NCBI GenBank assembly: GCA_029953675.1 | Contig: JAMWBK010000009.1 | Location: 62,001 to 126,000 of the forward strand | Direction of reading: 5' to 3' | Length of the DNA stretch: 64,000 bases | From: Rhodosorus marinus CCMP1338 | Taxonomy: Eukaryota; Plantae; Rhodophyta | Shown: positions 37,301 through 49,365 of the stretch, piece by piece | Layout: each line of letters starts with the position of its first letter | How positions within the stretch are numbered: the stretch's first letter is position 1 | Notes under the pieces: model-generated | The model's database searches: none | What the model saw: the letters and a program-made list of their open reading frames with translations, nothing else | What the model was told of the DNA's origin: nothing | Translations under genes and position numbers: made by a program

Positions 37301-37690
37301 CGAACGTCGAAAGCATACCCGTCTTGATCCTCCGCTCATGAGCCTCCGCCAATACCTGGAAAGAAACTCCAAACTGAATATCGCGCAAAAATATGACTTT
37401 GAAACGGCACGGGGTTCCTCGCGATCTCCAGGCCATTACCTCATGGACGTAGGACTCATACAGTCCTCCGTAGGACCTATGGTTGACGCTGTTCAAAGCC
37501 GAAGTTATGGTGCGATGGGTTACCGCTTTGGAGTCGCTATCTAACTGGGGAGCACCTCCTTCCTGCTCGTCTACTGGGGCTCCCAGATCTTCCCCGTCCA
37601 CCTCGGACGACGTGTCCTCAGGATCCTCTGCTTCAGGATCCTCGTCACCCGGTGGATGTTCCTCTTCAGCATCACTGAGAATACCGTGAC
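34320..37690 (-). CDS. Patatin-like calcium-independent phospholipase A2-gamma (PNPLA8-like) with long N-terminal extension (may extend further 5')
   Basis: LRVLSIDGGGTR, FDVIGGTSTG (GxSxG), SSAAPTFF, ADGAIVANNP, YFRFNP. Confidence 0.9.
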
Positions 37691-38697
37691 GAATGTCATC
37701 TTCCTCAGATCCTTTTTCATCTAAACAAAAGAGTTCGGTTCAGATAAGAGCTGCTACTCATTCTAGCCCCGCTTAAGGCCAAACGCATCTCGCGCTCACC
37801 CCTGCTCGCCGGTGTCATCTCTTCAGAACGAGCGGTCCGTCTGAAACGCAACACCGATAGGGCGTTCGAAAACCAATTGAGGATACCCCCGGACTGGTCT
37901 CGTTCCTACGGGAACACGAGTTTTAACTAGCTGGTGAGCGCTTACTCGCAGAAGCCCGTCAAACACGGCCGCTTGGGGCCAGGGTAATGCAGGTTGCACA
38001 AAAGGGCCCATGGCGCAGTCGATCCAAGGTATTCCAAGAGTTCAAACAACATACCTCCCTTACCGGACGTGATGCGGGGCTGGATTCACCCAAGAACATA
38101 ATCACAAGGCAATCCTTTCCCATCTGCTCTATCCTGATTCTCCGCTTTCTTGATGGGGAGGCAGCTGTCGCCAAGGAGAGTGCGGGCTTCCCCACTGCTA
38201 GCGGAGGAACGAACCCAATCCGCAGCTCCCCCGAGTTGCACATGTTTGGCAACGGAGACCTCTTCGTCTACACACTCTCCGAACACGTGTCCCTAGTTTC
38301 CAATGGATTATCCGATCCTCTCAATGCGCCGTCCAATCCACTACATCCGGGGTCAGACAAAAAAAAGGCTGAATACAGGTTACGCGCTCCACTCCATACT
38401 CCCCTCTCACACTTTTTCCACCTCGCACCTCTTCGCCCCGCAACCGGAATGGAACAAACCTTTGTAGTATGGAGAACTGACCTCGCTTCCTTCCATTCCT
38501 ACATCTAACCAAACCCCTCCCCACCGCCAAGAGGACCTAAGGCAGAGGAAGCAGCTTCCCGTCACCGCAAAACCCTCGAAACCAATTCTTCCACGCAAAA
38601 GAATAGAGTAAAACAAACTAAAGTATTTATTTCATAAATTAAGGATATCTTGATTTCGCATATAGCTGTTCGAATACTGACCTTATTGAGCCTCCTC

Positions 38698-38731
38698 CTA
38701 TTGATGCCTATTGATGGCTATTGATGGCTGT
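38698..38731. repeat. 3 x 10-bp CTATTGATG(C/G) tandem
   Basis: ctattgatgc-ctattgatgg-ctattgatgg. Confidence 0.85.
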
Positions 38732-39697
38732 CTCATTGCACGGGGCAGTGTGCAAGTCCAATTTCTAGGTTTTCTCACAACCACTAACTCCTCTTTCAAG
38801 AGCAAAGGAGATGTGAAGTATTGTGGAAGTTTTGCAACGACATGGACTATTTACAAGATTCCTTCGTACGCGGACATCAATTTTCGTTAAATTATGAGAT
38901 TGTACCGGCATAGAATTAGAACTCTGCGTTTCTTGATTGCTTGGGTCGTGGAATCGGCACGTGCTACGAACGCATATGCTTAAATGGTATTCGTGTGACA
39001 TTTGGAATCATCAGTATTTTGAAGCATGGCGTAGTTAGTGGCATAGCTGGAGTGTAGGACCATAGAACGAGATCCAGATAGATTTCCCGTCATTGGTTGT
39101 GCATTGAGTCTGAATGGAACAGAAAACTTCGGAGGGATCTCACCCAACAGTCAGGATTGAGTTACAGAAGGACCCGTCCTCAGCCAATCTTGTCATTCAC
39201 TAGTATTAAGAAGCAAGAGAACACCTCACCAAAGAGTTACAGCGTTCAGATGACTTGGAGGGAAGCCCGGGCCCGAACGCAGACAGTTGGCTTTCAAAAT
39301 CCCTGTTTGAGGGATGACCATCATCATCAGTTTATCAGAGCCTAACTACCCTGCGTGACCATCCTGTTCTTTTCGCGGGTTGAAACAGAGCACAACATAC
39401 ACGGCGGATTCATGCTCCCTTCGCACTCCGCGTTCAAAACTCATCCTGCTTCCACGGGCCACTGTGCAGTAAAGCTTGTCCGAAAAAAATACCGTCGGTC
39501 ACTACGTAAGGAGTGTATTGCTAGATTTTCTAGCCTTGGTTGAGCTCTACTCGTCCCGGCTAGCGGAATCGTTCCAATCCCGATGTTACTTGACACTGCA
39601 CTTTTATGAAGCATCCTGACTTCCTGCTGAAGCGGGTGCTGTGACACTTCATGCTAGGCAGGCTGGTGTTGGGTACCGAGGATTCTTCGAGGGGGCC

Positions 39698-40872
39698 ATG
39701 GCTTCTGTGGCATCGCTGAAAAAGCGATTTGATAGTGCTATAGAGAGTTCTGATTTGTATACTGCAGAGCAGACGTGCAGGACAATTGCGCATCGGTTAC
39801 GCACAACTCGAGACGGTGACGAATCCTTCCACCACGCACGAGCTCGAGAAGCACTGGAGAGCGGTGCCCTAGCGCTTTTGAAACTGAATGGTACACAATC
39901 AGGAACTTCTCTGGCATTGGACTACGTCAACGCCCTTAGGACGGATCATGTACCTTTCTCCGAGGGTAAGGCGAGTTTGCTAGAGATTGTCAAAGCGTAC
40001 GGGGACACGGAGTTGTCCGATGAGGGGGAGGTCGAGAAGCTCCGATTTGTCAAATCCTGTATTGACTACTCCAAAACAGACCTTAACAATGCAGGATCTA
40101 AGGTCGAGGACAAGGAACTAAACGGGATTGCTGCTATGTGTGAGTCGATTTTCCGCGGAAAACCCCCGCCTAATGCTTGTTGGAAGGTGTCGTAGAATTG
40201 CCTGATCTTCGTACGGAGTAACTGACGGCGAACAGCCTCTGTCTTCCCGTATGAAAAACAACTGCAGCCTCATGGGCTAGACGAGACTTTGGAGCTGCAC
40301 AAAAGTACTTCCTATTATCGGACCAACCCGAGAAGTTTGCAGAGATGCTTCTGGAGTGGAGCTCAACGTACGGTTTGAAATCCGAGGTTGATCTTTTCCT
40401 CACGAGAGCAGTTCTGGAATACGCGCTGCGTAATAATCTACAAGACGCTGCGGTTGTGCATAGCGCCTTCGTAGCACGATATGGCGATTTCTCACCGCTG
40501 GCAAACTTTTGCGAAATGCTCCTGAAAGTTCTCCCAAAGTAAGTAGAGGCAATCAGCGCAAGTGCGATGTGAAGACCGGCAGTTCTAGCTAAATCCGCGG
40601 GAATGGCAGTCCGTCGAATGGAAATCTGACACTGTTCAAATCTGCATGCTCGACGCGCACAATTCAGAAACGATGCATACAATCTGTTCAAATACCTTTG
40701 TGAGGCATATGATTCATCACTGAAGAGAGACGAATCTTTCCCGAAGACCCTCGGATCACTTGGAAAGCTGTACTATGGGGTCGAACCACCTCGACATCAA
40801 GGAAATGCTCTACAAGATATGATGTCCGGAGTAATGAAGAGTCTCATGGGCGGGGCCCCATCGAGAACCTGA
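39698..40872 (+). CDS. GET4: Golgi-to-ER traffic protein 4 (DUF410; 3 exons)
   Basis: YTAEQTCRTIAHR, SGTSLALDYV, EVDLFLTRAVLEY, PLANFCEMLL, YDSSLKRD, GKLYYGV. Confidence 0.85.
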
Positions 40873-40949
40873 GCATGTGCTTGCGGTTCTTCTGAATCCA
40901 TCGCTGAAGTCAAAACGCGATGGCCATTTCGAACCCGCGTTTTCTCGAC

Positions 40950-42000
40950 TTGTGGTATATGTGTCCAATACCAGTGCTGGTCAGCTTCCCCTGACGAAAC
41001 TTGAGGTGACAGGGTAGACACTGTGAAAGCGCGTGCGAATCCAAAATTTCTGTACCAGCTCAAACCACCGCCTTGCATAAAAAGACTGTCACTCCTTACT
41101 GCTTTAGGATTCAAGGTGGAAATGCCATGTGTATAATATACAAAGTTGGAACGCACTTTCTTGGTTCTAATGTTGCAGAAAGCAAGCTAAGTTCCGTAGC
41201 TTTGGCCTTTAGCTCCAAACTCAAGCCATCTGTTACTGCTCGCTTGTAAGGAGGACGGCAAACAAACGAAGCAAAAACTCTGAGAAGCAGCCAGAACGCC
41301 GAGGTTCTAAGAGCTCCTCTAGTTGGGACTCAAGATAGGATGAGGAGCGGCATACGCAAGCCGGATAAACAATAATCACTGGCGTGGACAGGACCTTACA
41401 AGAAAAGCAGACTTCAAAAATTTCCCAGTCCTTCTGGACGATGAAGAGTTCCCCGTACTACGTCTGTGGAGGAACGCTGGAACCTAGTACGGAAGCTCAG
41501 GTTCGGACAAAGCTGTGCGCCCCAGCATTTCCAGGCCATCCCGACTGCTTCATAATGTTGCCGATATGGCTTGGACGCCTCGATCAATCGCAATATCCGA
41601 TAGAGCTGGTCATATCGCAGCCCTAAATGCATCTTTAGGGAATAGCGAAGACGTAATCCCAGAAGCACTCTGTCCTCGCTTTCCTCCCCACGACAAAAAT
41701 CGGCCAGGGCAGGTCCCAAGCTGCTTTCGGTTTTAGAATTCTGGCTCTGGCATTGAATAGTGATCGTTTCCGGGTGTGACAGACTGTCACTCTCGACTAA
41801 GTTGATGTGGTCGGCCGCTGCTGGAAGTTCCATCTTGAGCTTCTGGAACACCCCGTTTTTCAGTGGTGAGTAATACCTCTCCACTTTACCGATTGATTGA
41901 GGACTTTCTATGGGTGCCGGCTTAACGACCACTGCTTCACATCTACTCACGAAAGCGGTTGAAGCAAATTCAGAACCCCTACGGTGGTGTCGAAATCCGG
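40950..42000 (-). pseudogene. Decayed Copia integrase (plus possible RT start)
   Basis: RGSEFASTAF...KPAPIESPQSIGKVERYYSPLK matches the integrase core D-G-x-E-F / P-x-S-x-G-x-x-E-R region; downstream SNFV...FMQG is weakly RT-like. Confidence 0.6.
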
Positions 42001-42255
42001 ATATCCGGTTTATGGTAATACCCAATAGAAATCGTGGTCGGAGTCCAGATCCCATTTCTTCCACGGAATCTTCGCGAGGTCGCGAAGAGCGTTTCCTCTT
42101 GAGGATTGTGGAGGATCATTCCGCTTGATTTCACATGGCATAGTTGTGTCCATGCCCAGTATAGTTTCCAACGCTTTTTTGGTGCGCCCGGGTTCGTGGA
42201 TCAACCCATATCGTGGCGTACAAAATCCGGATATCCGGTATCCGGTAATACCCAA
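41993..42255 (+). repeat. Two 33-bp direct repeats 230 bp apart, each with palindrome CCGGATATCCGG
   Basis: aaatccggatatccggt....ggtaatacccaa at 41993-42025 and 42223-42255. Confidence 0.85.
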
Positions 42256-42855
42256 ACTCGAAGGAAGCCCCACCACACGCTTTCAGCTGTCTCGGCGGCG
42301 AGCAATTCCGATGCCTGAAAACTCGTCCCCAGGCAGACGCCGTTCCTTCCAGATAAAGTAAGTAGGTCCATCTGCACGCCTCGGTTGAACTCTGCCTCTG
42401 CAGGTAGAGCTGCGGTTGGGTGCAGTTTCCGGATCCCCCAATCGTTGACACTGTTCGCAGTACTTCTGAATTTCTTCCAGTTGCTTACTGCTCTTCCGAA
42501 TGATTCTTCTCAGGGTCTGCTCTTTCCATCTTCCGGATCCTTGGAGCCTTAAAAGTGAAATTCAGCATTCTGACTGATTCAATCTTTTTGGTAGGGATTA
42601 CTGACATTCCGATTTTTTATTTTTTTGGCTATTTTTGGATCACCCGTTTTGTACTGGAATCTGTAAAAGGGTTTTGGATTTTAGAAGCTTCTAGAAGTAC
42701 TCATGGGCAAGAAAAGAAACCCTGATTCCAATAATTTGATGAGATTTTCAATACTTTTACGAAAGCCGAAAATTTTGATGCAGAACTTACATCGTGTGAA
42801 GTGCGGAGTTTCTCGCTCAGGAAACAAGCCGCCCTGCCAATGGCAGGATAATATA

Positions 42856-43993
42856 TATGAGGGTTGTCACTCCGTCCGATAAAAAACAGTCCTATTGCGT
42901 CCGATATTTATCGGACGGTCGGATAAACGTGTATCGGACCTGTATTTAGAAATAAGAGAGCATATTTCCAGTGGGCTGCGTTCTATATGAGTTTATCAGA
43001 CCTGAATAGAAAATACAATTAATGGATTATTGGATAAATTGTCCGATAAATTGTCCGATAACGACCGATTGCGTCCGATATTTCTGAATGCTCTTTTCGG
43101 TGCACGGCTAGCTCTGCTACTCACTCGCACAAAGCAGCCGGCTATTGACCTGCTTAAGAATATATCTTGTGAAGTCCGAGTAGCCATCGCGTAAGGAATA
43201 GGACAAGGGGTAGAAAGAGGACAGAGGGCGGTGGCCAACTATCTTGTGAGGAGGGTGAGAAAGCATGAACTAATGCCAAGCAACTTCAACCGAGTGACCA
43301 AGTCCTGCGGATTACCCAAGGGTTTCAGTGCCTACCGACTCCGCCCGGGCTGATCGCCTCTTCTTTGCCCCCTCGTATGTTTAGGATATCGTTTTTGTTC
43401 CGGTCCCGTGCGGATGAAGGAAGTCTTCTTGTACCAGCGTAATGGCGACTGAGGCTGCCTGAGAAGCTCAGGTTTTGTTTTCTTGGGCTGCAGTGCTGCT
43501 CCTCTTTATGGAGACCCGCCCCTCCCGCCTACCTATGGGTCGGATCCTCTTGTTTCTCAGAGTTCGCTGTCTCGACTGAGGTTTAATTTTCATCAATGCG
43601 CGAGGAACGATTACCTTTCTCGGTGGGATCAGAAAGGTAGTTTTTTCTGGTTCGAGCACGGAGATGACAGCCTGTCGATTTCAGAAGTAATCATAATTCA
43701 TTATTCGCCGAGAAGTAACCATGATTCATGATATGCGCGCGTGAGCTCGCATATACCAAGAAGTAATCATGATTCAATATCTGGACGGAAGATGATTGAT
43801 GGCGAGACTAACGTTGGTTGAATATCGGACGATTTATTGGACCAGTTATTGGACCGGCAATGGGACCTGTTTTTTCGAAGAATTACAATCCGACACCGAC
43901 TATTTTTATACTTTATTTCAATAGTCTATCCACGTGAAAAATTTATCGGACCGTCCGATAAACGTTTCTCGGACCGCACATAACAACACTCTA
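42856..43993. mobile_element. Non-autonomous DNA transposon-like element (hAT/MITE-like) with subterminal TCCGATA/TATCGGAC arrays
   Basis: Imperfect termini TA(t)GAGGGTTGTCA and TAACAACACTCTA; roughly 15 (counted by eye) copies or near-copies of the motif clustered at 42875-43080 and 43822-43974; no transposase ORF; no TSD found. Confidence 0.55.
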
Positions 43994-44427
43994 CGCAGCA
44001 AACGTCACTAGATGTGTATGTACTTCAGTACATTGGTATCCACTCTCAAGTTCTGGAGGGTTCCTTTTGCTGAGTGGGGAGTGGGGAGTGGGGAGCGGTG
44101 AGCAGTGAACGGTAAGGGGCAGGACCTAGCCAAATTCCTCAACTGTGAGCCAATTTTGGGAGTAGGGCGAGGATGTAAGTGTATGTGCACATGTGCAGTA
44201 TCCGTTTGGTGTTAGCTCCTTTTTTTGTCTTGGGCGTTGGGGGAGACTCATACATATTCGCTTCAGTGGGAACATGAGTGAGCATTTTTTTGGACTTTGT
44301 TGAGGCCGGCGTTGGCATGGAGTAGAGTAGAGTTTTCAAGTTCAGTAGTAGTAGAGTTTGCAGTGTGCGGAAGTCGACTCAGTTTGAATCGTTCTGGGAA
44401 TGAGTTTATGGTGCGACAACTGAAGGC

Positions 44428-44790
44428 ATGGGGAAATTTGGGAAGCGCTGCAGCCGGGAGCCAGGCATGGAGTGTGGTCTCTACGTCGAAGGCGGCGTAG
44501 CATCACTGGAGATGCAGATGGGAAAAAGCGAAAGTCTGGAGGTGTCCGGGGCTTCGGACGGTAGCGGCGGTATGAAAGTAAAGAGAAGGAGAAGACCAGA
44601 CGCGAGCGCGTATGTGCTGAGGACGGTCGTGGTTCCCGGGGAATTGGAGGTTGAGCGAAGTCACGCAGTGTTCCAGAACGAGGTCTTGAATGTAACGGTT
44701 CCTCTGCATACATGTGATGGAAGTATGTCACAGAGCACTAGGCGAAGGACGTGCCAGCTCAATCGATTGCGCTTTGGATCTGGTAGCTAG
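44428..44790 (+). CDS. Divergent HSP20/alpha-crystallin-domain protein
   Basis: RTVVVPGELEVERSHAVFQNEVLNVTVP matches the alpha-crystallin C-terminal strands. Confidence 0.45.
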   Translation: MGKFGKRCSREPGMECGLYVEGGVASLEMQMGKSESLEVSGASDGSGGMKVKRRRRPDASAYVLRTVVVPGELEVERSHAVFQNEVLNVTVPLHTCDGSMSQSTRRRTCQLNRLRFGSGS

Positions 44791-47700
44791 GCACTTTCGC
44801 GTTACCAATCTATTCGAATGGTTTGACAAAAAGTCACCGTTGGATTCTTCAAGCATCGCTAGAAGACCTGAAATGACTGGAATGCGAACGTGCATTGTTT
44901 GGGGCGTGAACGTCTGGATGTTGGGGTGCACATAGGCGTGGCTTCTCAGTCGGTGGGACGCGGCAAGTGTGAAGAGGGTCTTCAACGAGTGCAATACTTA
45001 TTTGCTGAATTTCCCCATGCTGGACGTGACAACAATGACAGAGTCCTCCTCTTGGTTGGGGCTTAAGACCGTGAGAAGGTGTCGCGGCAAACCCAATGCT
45101 GATGGTCGCTAAGCTCGCATGGGGTTGTAGAGCAAGAACAGTGTCCTCGCGCGGTGCCTTGTCCATGGAGTAGGTATGCAATAGGCCGTCCATTGTCGGG
45201 CTGGGCGCTTGAAGGACCTGGGCGCTCTCCTTCGTTGAGCTTATAGCGCCATCATGAAGTCTCGTTCTAGCTGATTTTTCATAGAATGGTGCGGGTGACA
45301 CACAAGGATGAGGCGATGTGGAAAGTTGTTAGTAGTTTGTGGCAAGGTCTTATTTACACGTTGTGCGAGGGAGTTTGTCCACTTCCGTCTAGCCTGGATT
45401 AGATTATGATTATTTATTAGTTTTCATCGAACGCCAGGAACCTCTATACACACAAACGTAAAAGCGAGCATTGCTTCGATTCTCCGCTAGCTGCCAAAAA
45501 CCCTTTGAAAGCCTGTCAGTATTGAGGTAGTTTTGCCCGACTCCCGGCGGACAGAAGCCCACGTCTAAGAATTCAATGCTGTACACTACCACTGCGAAGT
45601 CAATGCGCAGCTGGTGCAACCATGGATTCACAAATTCGCGCTTTTCTGTCTCATGTACCCCACGGGGAGCTCAGTCAACGTCAGTGGACTCCGCTGATGA
45701 TAGACGCAGCGCCATTGCGTTACAGCCCAACCAGGGAAACGAAAGCCCTTAAAACATTTAACTAAATTGACCTGGTCCGCCCTGCTGTACGCAGCACAGT
45801 GCTTAGGTGTGCTTGATTCGTACGCAGAGGCCTCCTCCAAACGGCATCGTTTATAAATTCCGCACTTCACGAAACGAACACGTTTGGCTGAGGTTAAGTT
45901 TGCTGAGGACGAATTCTTCATAGCAGGAAAGGGTCTTCTCAGGACGCAACAGGCCGTGGCCATTCCAAGGAGACCCCTAAAGATCCCATCCACGCTGTCG
46001 AGGGGCTTATCACGCTAGGTGGAAAGGGCAACTGGGCAAAAGGTCGGAGCGTGCTATATCAGGGGAAGCCCTGGCCTTTCTCCCCTGACCTACCGGGAGA
46101 GTTGGGAGGGGGCAGCAATCACTGATCAGACGCCAAGATAGGTTAAGATCAGTCACTATGGGGAATCAATCATTAATAACTTTTTTATCAACGTGATACG
46201 TGCTCTTCCTAGAAGTCCGAATATATTTGGGAATAGAGGAAAATGATGAGGGTAGGATAGTTGGTTGTCCCATGAAAGCGGTCACGTTGGGTCACCCAAA
46301 TAACCCCTGCTACTCAAGACGAGGGTGGTATTTTCCTCGCGTTAGAGTTGCGACCTACTTGGACATAATTTAGATGAGAAGCTACTCAACATGTACCCAG
46401 ATGCACAGATACGAAAAGTACGCGTATATTATGTTGCGCTGGGCTGGTAGTCGTTTGCAGATGTGCAAATCGTTGCCTCAAAGTCCCGAAAGGGCCCCCT
46501 AAGATGGGAGAAGGCCTCTGCAAAAAAGGGATAAAGGAGTGTCACATTGTGGACTAGTCCCAAACTGAGATTGATGATGAATTTTTAACTCATATTTGTG
46601 TACTACCGAGGACGCTATTATCACAATGACTTGGAAATTCTAGCGAAAAAGGCTTTCAGGGTGGTGGTGTGCTGTAAGAAAATCGAGTGAGTTCGTACTT
46701 TGACGGCAGGCAAGCTCCAAGTGAAATATGTTTCGTTCTGTGATCAAGGCAGCTTCATGCTAAAGAATTTTGCTCAAACCCCCACCGACCGAGATATATG
46801 CGGAGTTCTTTTTTGCAAAAATTCACATCCTTCCAGTATTTTCAACATTCGATATTTTGGTAGCGGAAATTCTTGAAAGTCCATACGTATATTTACACAT
46901 TCCAAAGAAAAAGTCAAAATTCGCTGTTTTTCAAAGGTTGAAAATCCTTTTGTCCTCGTTCGGATATATGGCTCTCCATCCGTCAAAAAATATAAAATCC
47001 GGTGGAACAATTTTTTTTGCGCGACCCCATTGGAGGAAGTCTCGTCGAGAAACACGAGATCTGTACGTAAGGCGCTGCTAAGCTATACTCATCAGTTCGG
47101 ATCCTAAGAACGAGACCATTACATACTCAAAAAAATGAAAAATGAAAAATGAAAAATAGTGAACCCACTGCAGAAAAAAAATGGAGGAAAGTCAATTTCG
47201 CCGAACCACTTGAGATTTGTTTACAATTCGAAAATTCACACAATACGATATAGTACGTTGGTATACATTACTCATATGAAACGGATCTGGCTCTCCCGCC
47301 TATATGGAGTGAATTTTCTATAAAATAGTGGCTCCCAAATCGTGGGATGTCGATGTCCCCAAAAAAAGAAAAGCTATGCTTCTCAGGGGGTCCGGATATT
47401 TATTATTCAAGACAATTTCCGCTTCGCCCCAGGTAAGCACCAATATGTTTCCAACTCCTCATTGTATCCAAAACTATTATCCTGTTTGATTGATTTAGAA
47501 ACGGGGAAATGAGAGCAAAGAAAAGAAACCCCCTGGGTCAATCCAAAGCTTCAATCAGGGAATATTGGAACCTTATCAATCTGCCTTTAGCGAACATTTT
47601 CGGGAGTTTCCTTGTTTCTCCCCGAAAGGCCCACCGGTCCCCTTCTGGATATAAGATATTTCGAGCGTTTGTAAACTGTTTTTCTTTGATGTAAGCTGAG

Positions 47701-48046
47701 TTGAGCTGAGAAAACGCTGTTTTTGAAAGGGGTTTTTAGGCTCACATTTACTTGATTGTCTTTTGAATACTTTTTCATTGTCTCTGGGGCTCGTCGCAAC
47801 TTTTCTGTGGATCAACCAAGCGGTTGATTCGGGTGCTTGGGTGGTCAACTTTGGGCGTTATGCTCAAACGGAGTGCCCGAATATCATCTAGGTCTGCACC
47901 TCTGGCTGGTTTCTCTCTATACGCAAAAGCCTTTCAACTTCACTAGATCCAAGGCCACTTCGCTTCAAAAAGTGATGGCCATGGGCGAGAAGCATCTTTC
48001 TGAAACCGCGCCAGAGGTTAGCCTGGAAAATGCTCGTAGAGCCGCG

Positions 48047-48100
48047 TCCGGAACAAAAGGGATTGGGTATTAATCCGGAACAAAAGGGATTAATACCCAA
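48047..48100. repeat. 14-bp perfect hairpin with duplicated loop segment
   Basis: TTGGGTATTAATCC ggaacaaaag GGATTAATACCCAA; tccggaacaaaagggatt is also repeated just upstream. Confidence 0.9.
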
Positions 48101-48627
48101 CGCGCGTACCAGTAGTTGAGAATTCCTCCCTTAGCGCAGCAATCTTGTATTAGACTTCACTCTACAAACCTCGAAAGCGTAAATGGAAGCCCAGACTGAT
48201 AATTATCCTTCGGAATATGCGGCCAGCTAGTGTCAATTCACTCGCACTATAGTTTTCTTATTTTTTGATGAAAATATCCATGTATCGGGGGACGACCTTT
48301 CCACTTTCTGCGAGCTATCGCAGCTGACTGTCAACCCGGCGTCAACAGGCATGCCTTGTGGTGGACTCTTGATAACATAAGCGTTCAGAAACGTTTGGAA
48401 TGAGTTGGAGGGTTCACTTCGTAGAAAGGAGTCAAACCTTGGGTCTTAGTATGTACAGTCGGGAGATCAAGAAGCATATCCGCTCTTGGTGGGTGAGGGC
48501 AGGCGCTAGCTACTATCGCAAGAAGGTAGCTCGCGGCCAATCTTTTCCGAAAAAATAGTCAACGTTTAATTAATGTGCATTATATCTAGTTAGCAACATT
48601 CTGATATCGGTTAGCAAATGATGTTAT

Positions 48628-49365
48628 CTACGCATTGAGGATCGCATCCAAGCCGAGCCCAAGCCTAGGATACTCCTGATTTCTGTGGTATGCGTCCAAA
48701 TGTCTTTGAAGTGAACCCTTCGTGGTGAAGTCTCTACTGCACTGAGAGCATCGCAAAGGCTTTCTCTTCTCATGTACCATCTTGACGTGCTTCTCAAAAT
48801 TCTCCCGCAGCCCGAAAGCCTTACCACAGTACGTGCAGCTGTATGGTCTCAACTTTTCATGGACTGTAAGGATGTGGCGCTTCAAGTTCGGTTTGATCGA
48901 AAACCTCTTGCTGCACAGAGGGCACTCAAACGGCCGAATCTTCTCGTGCACACACTTGATGTGCTGCCGCAAATCGCGCTTCACTCTAAAAAGTCGGCTA
49001 CATATACCGCATCCATAGTTCGTAATCTCACCGGTCCTGTACACAAAAATATTCGCGCTCTGCTCCTTCGAAGCATCTTCAATGTGTCCCTCCTCATGGT
49101 TGCTTGCACTAATACTGTCTCGTGCCGGGGACATTGCTGATGACGTGCCATTCTCCGCCTCCATACTGTCCTCACCCACGAGAAACGCGATAGAGCACTG
49201 CCTTGGAGTAGCTACGCTTCGATCTGTCTCTCCCTCACTCGGGATCTCTGAGATCTGAAACGGAGACTCAGAAATCTGCAAAGGGGAAAGCAATGCTCCC
49301 TTTGCCCTCCATGGGCTGATGTTCGCCAGAGCAGGCAACTGAACCTTAGTTACTGTATCCTCCAT
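48628..49365 (-). CDS. C2H2 zinc-finger transcription factor (4 fingers)
   Basis: Four CX2CX12HX4H fingers with HEKIRPF/HEKLRPY linkers. Confidence 0.93.
   Translation of the reverse strand: MEDTVTKVQLPALANISPWRAKGALLSPLQISESPFQISEIPSEGETDRSVATPRQCSIAFLVGEDSMEAENGTSSAMSPARDSISASNHEEGHIEDASKEQSANIFVYRTGEITNYGCGICSRLFRVKRDLRQHIKCVHEKIRPFECPLCSKRFSIKPNLKRHILTVHEKLRPYSCTYCGKAFGLRENFEKHVKMVHEKRKPLRCSQCSRDFTTKGSLQRHLDAYHRNQEYPRLGLGLDAILNA

Noticed and set aside
32762-40691. Long ORFs 32762..33277, 36432..36980 and 40170..40691
   Set aside because: Antisense to the uridine kinase/UPRT, patatin and GET4 genes respectively
43683-43776. Mini-CRISPR
   Set aside because: Only three 18-bp repeats, unequal spacers, no cas genes
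45628-45993. GIY-YIG or Penelope nuclease (CGIYK)
   Set aside because: No YIG or conserved Arg/Glu, no adjacent RT; left unassigned
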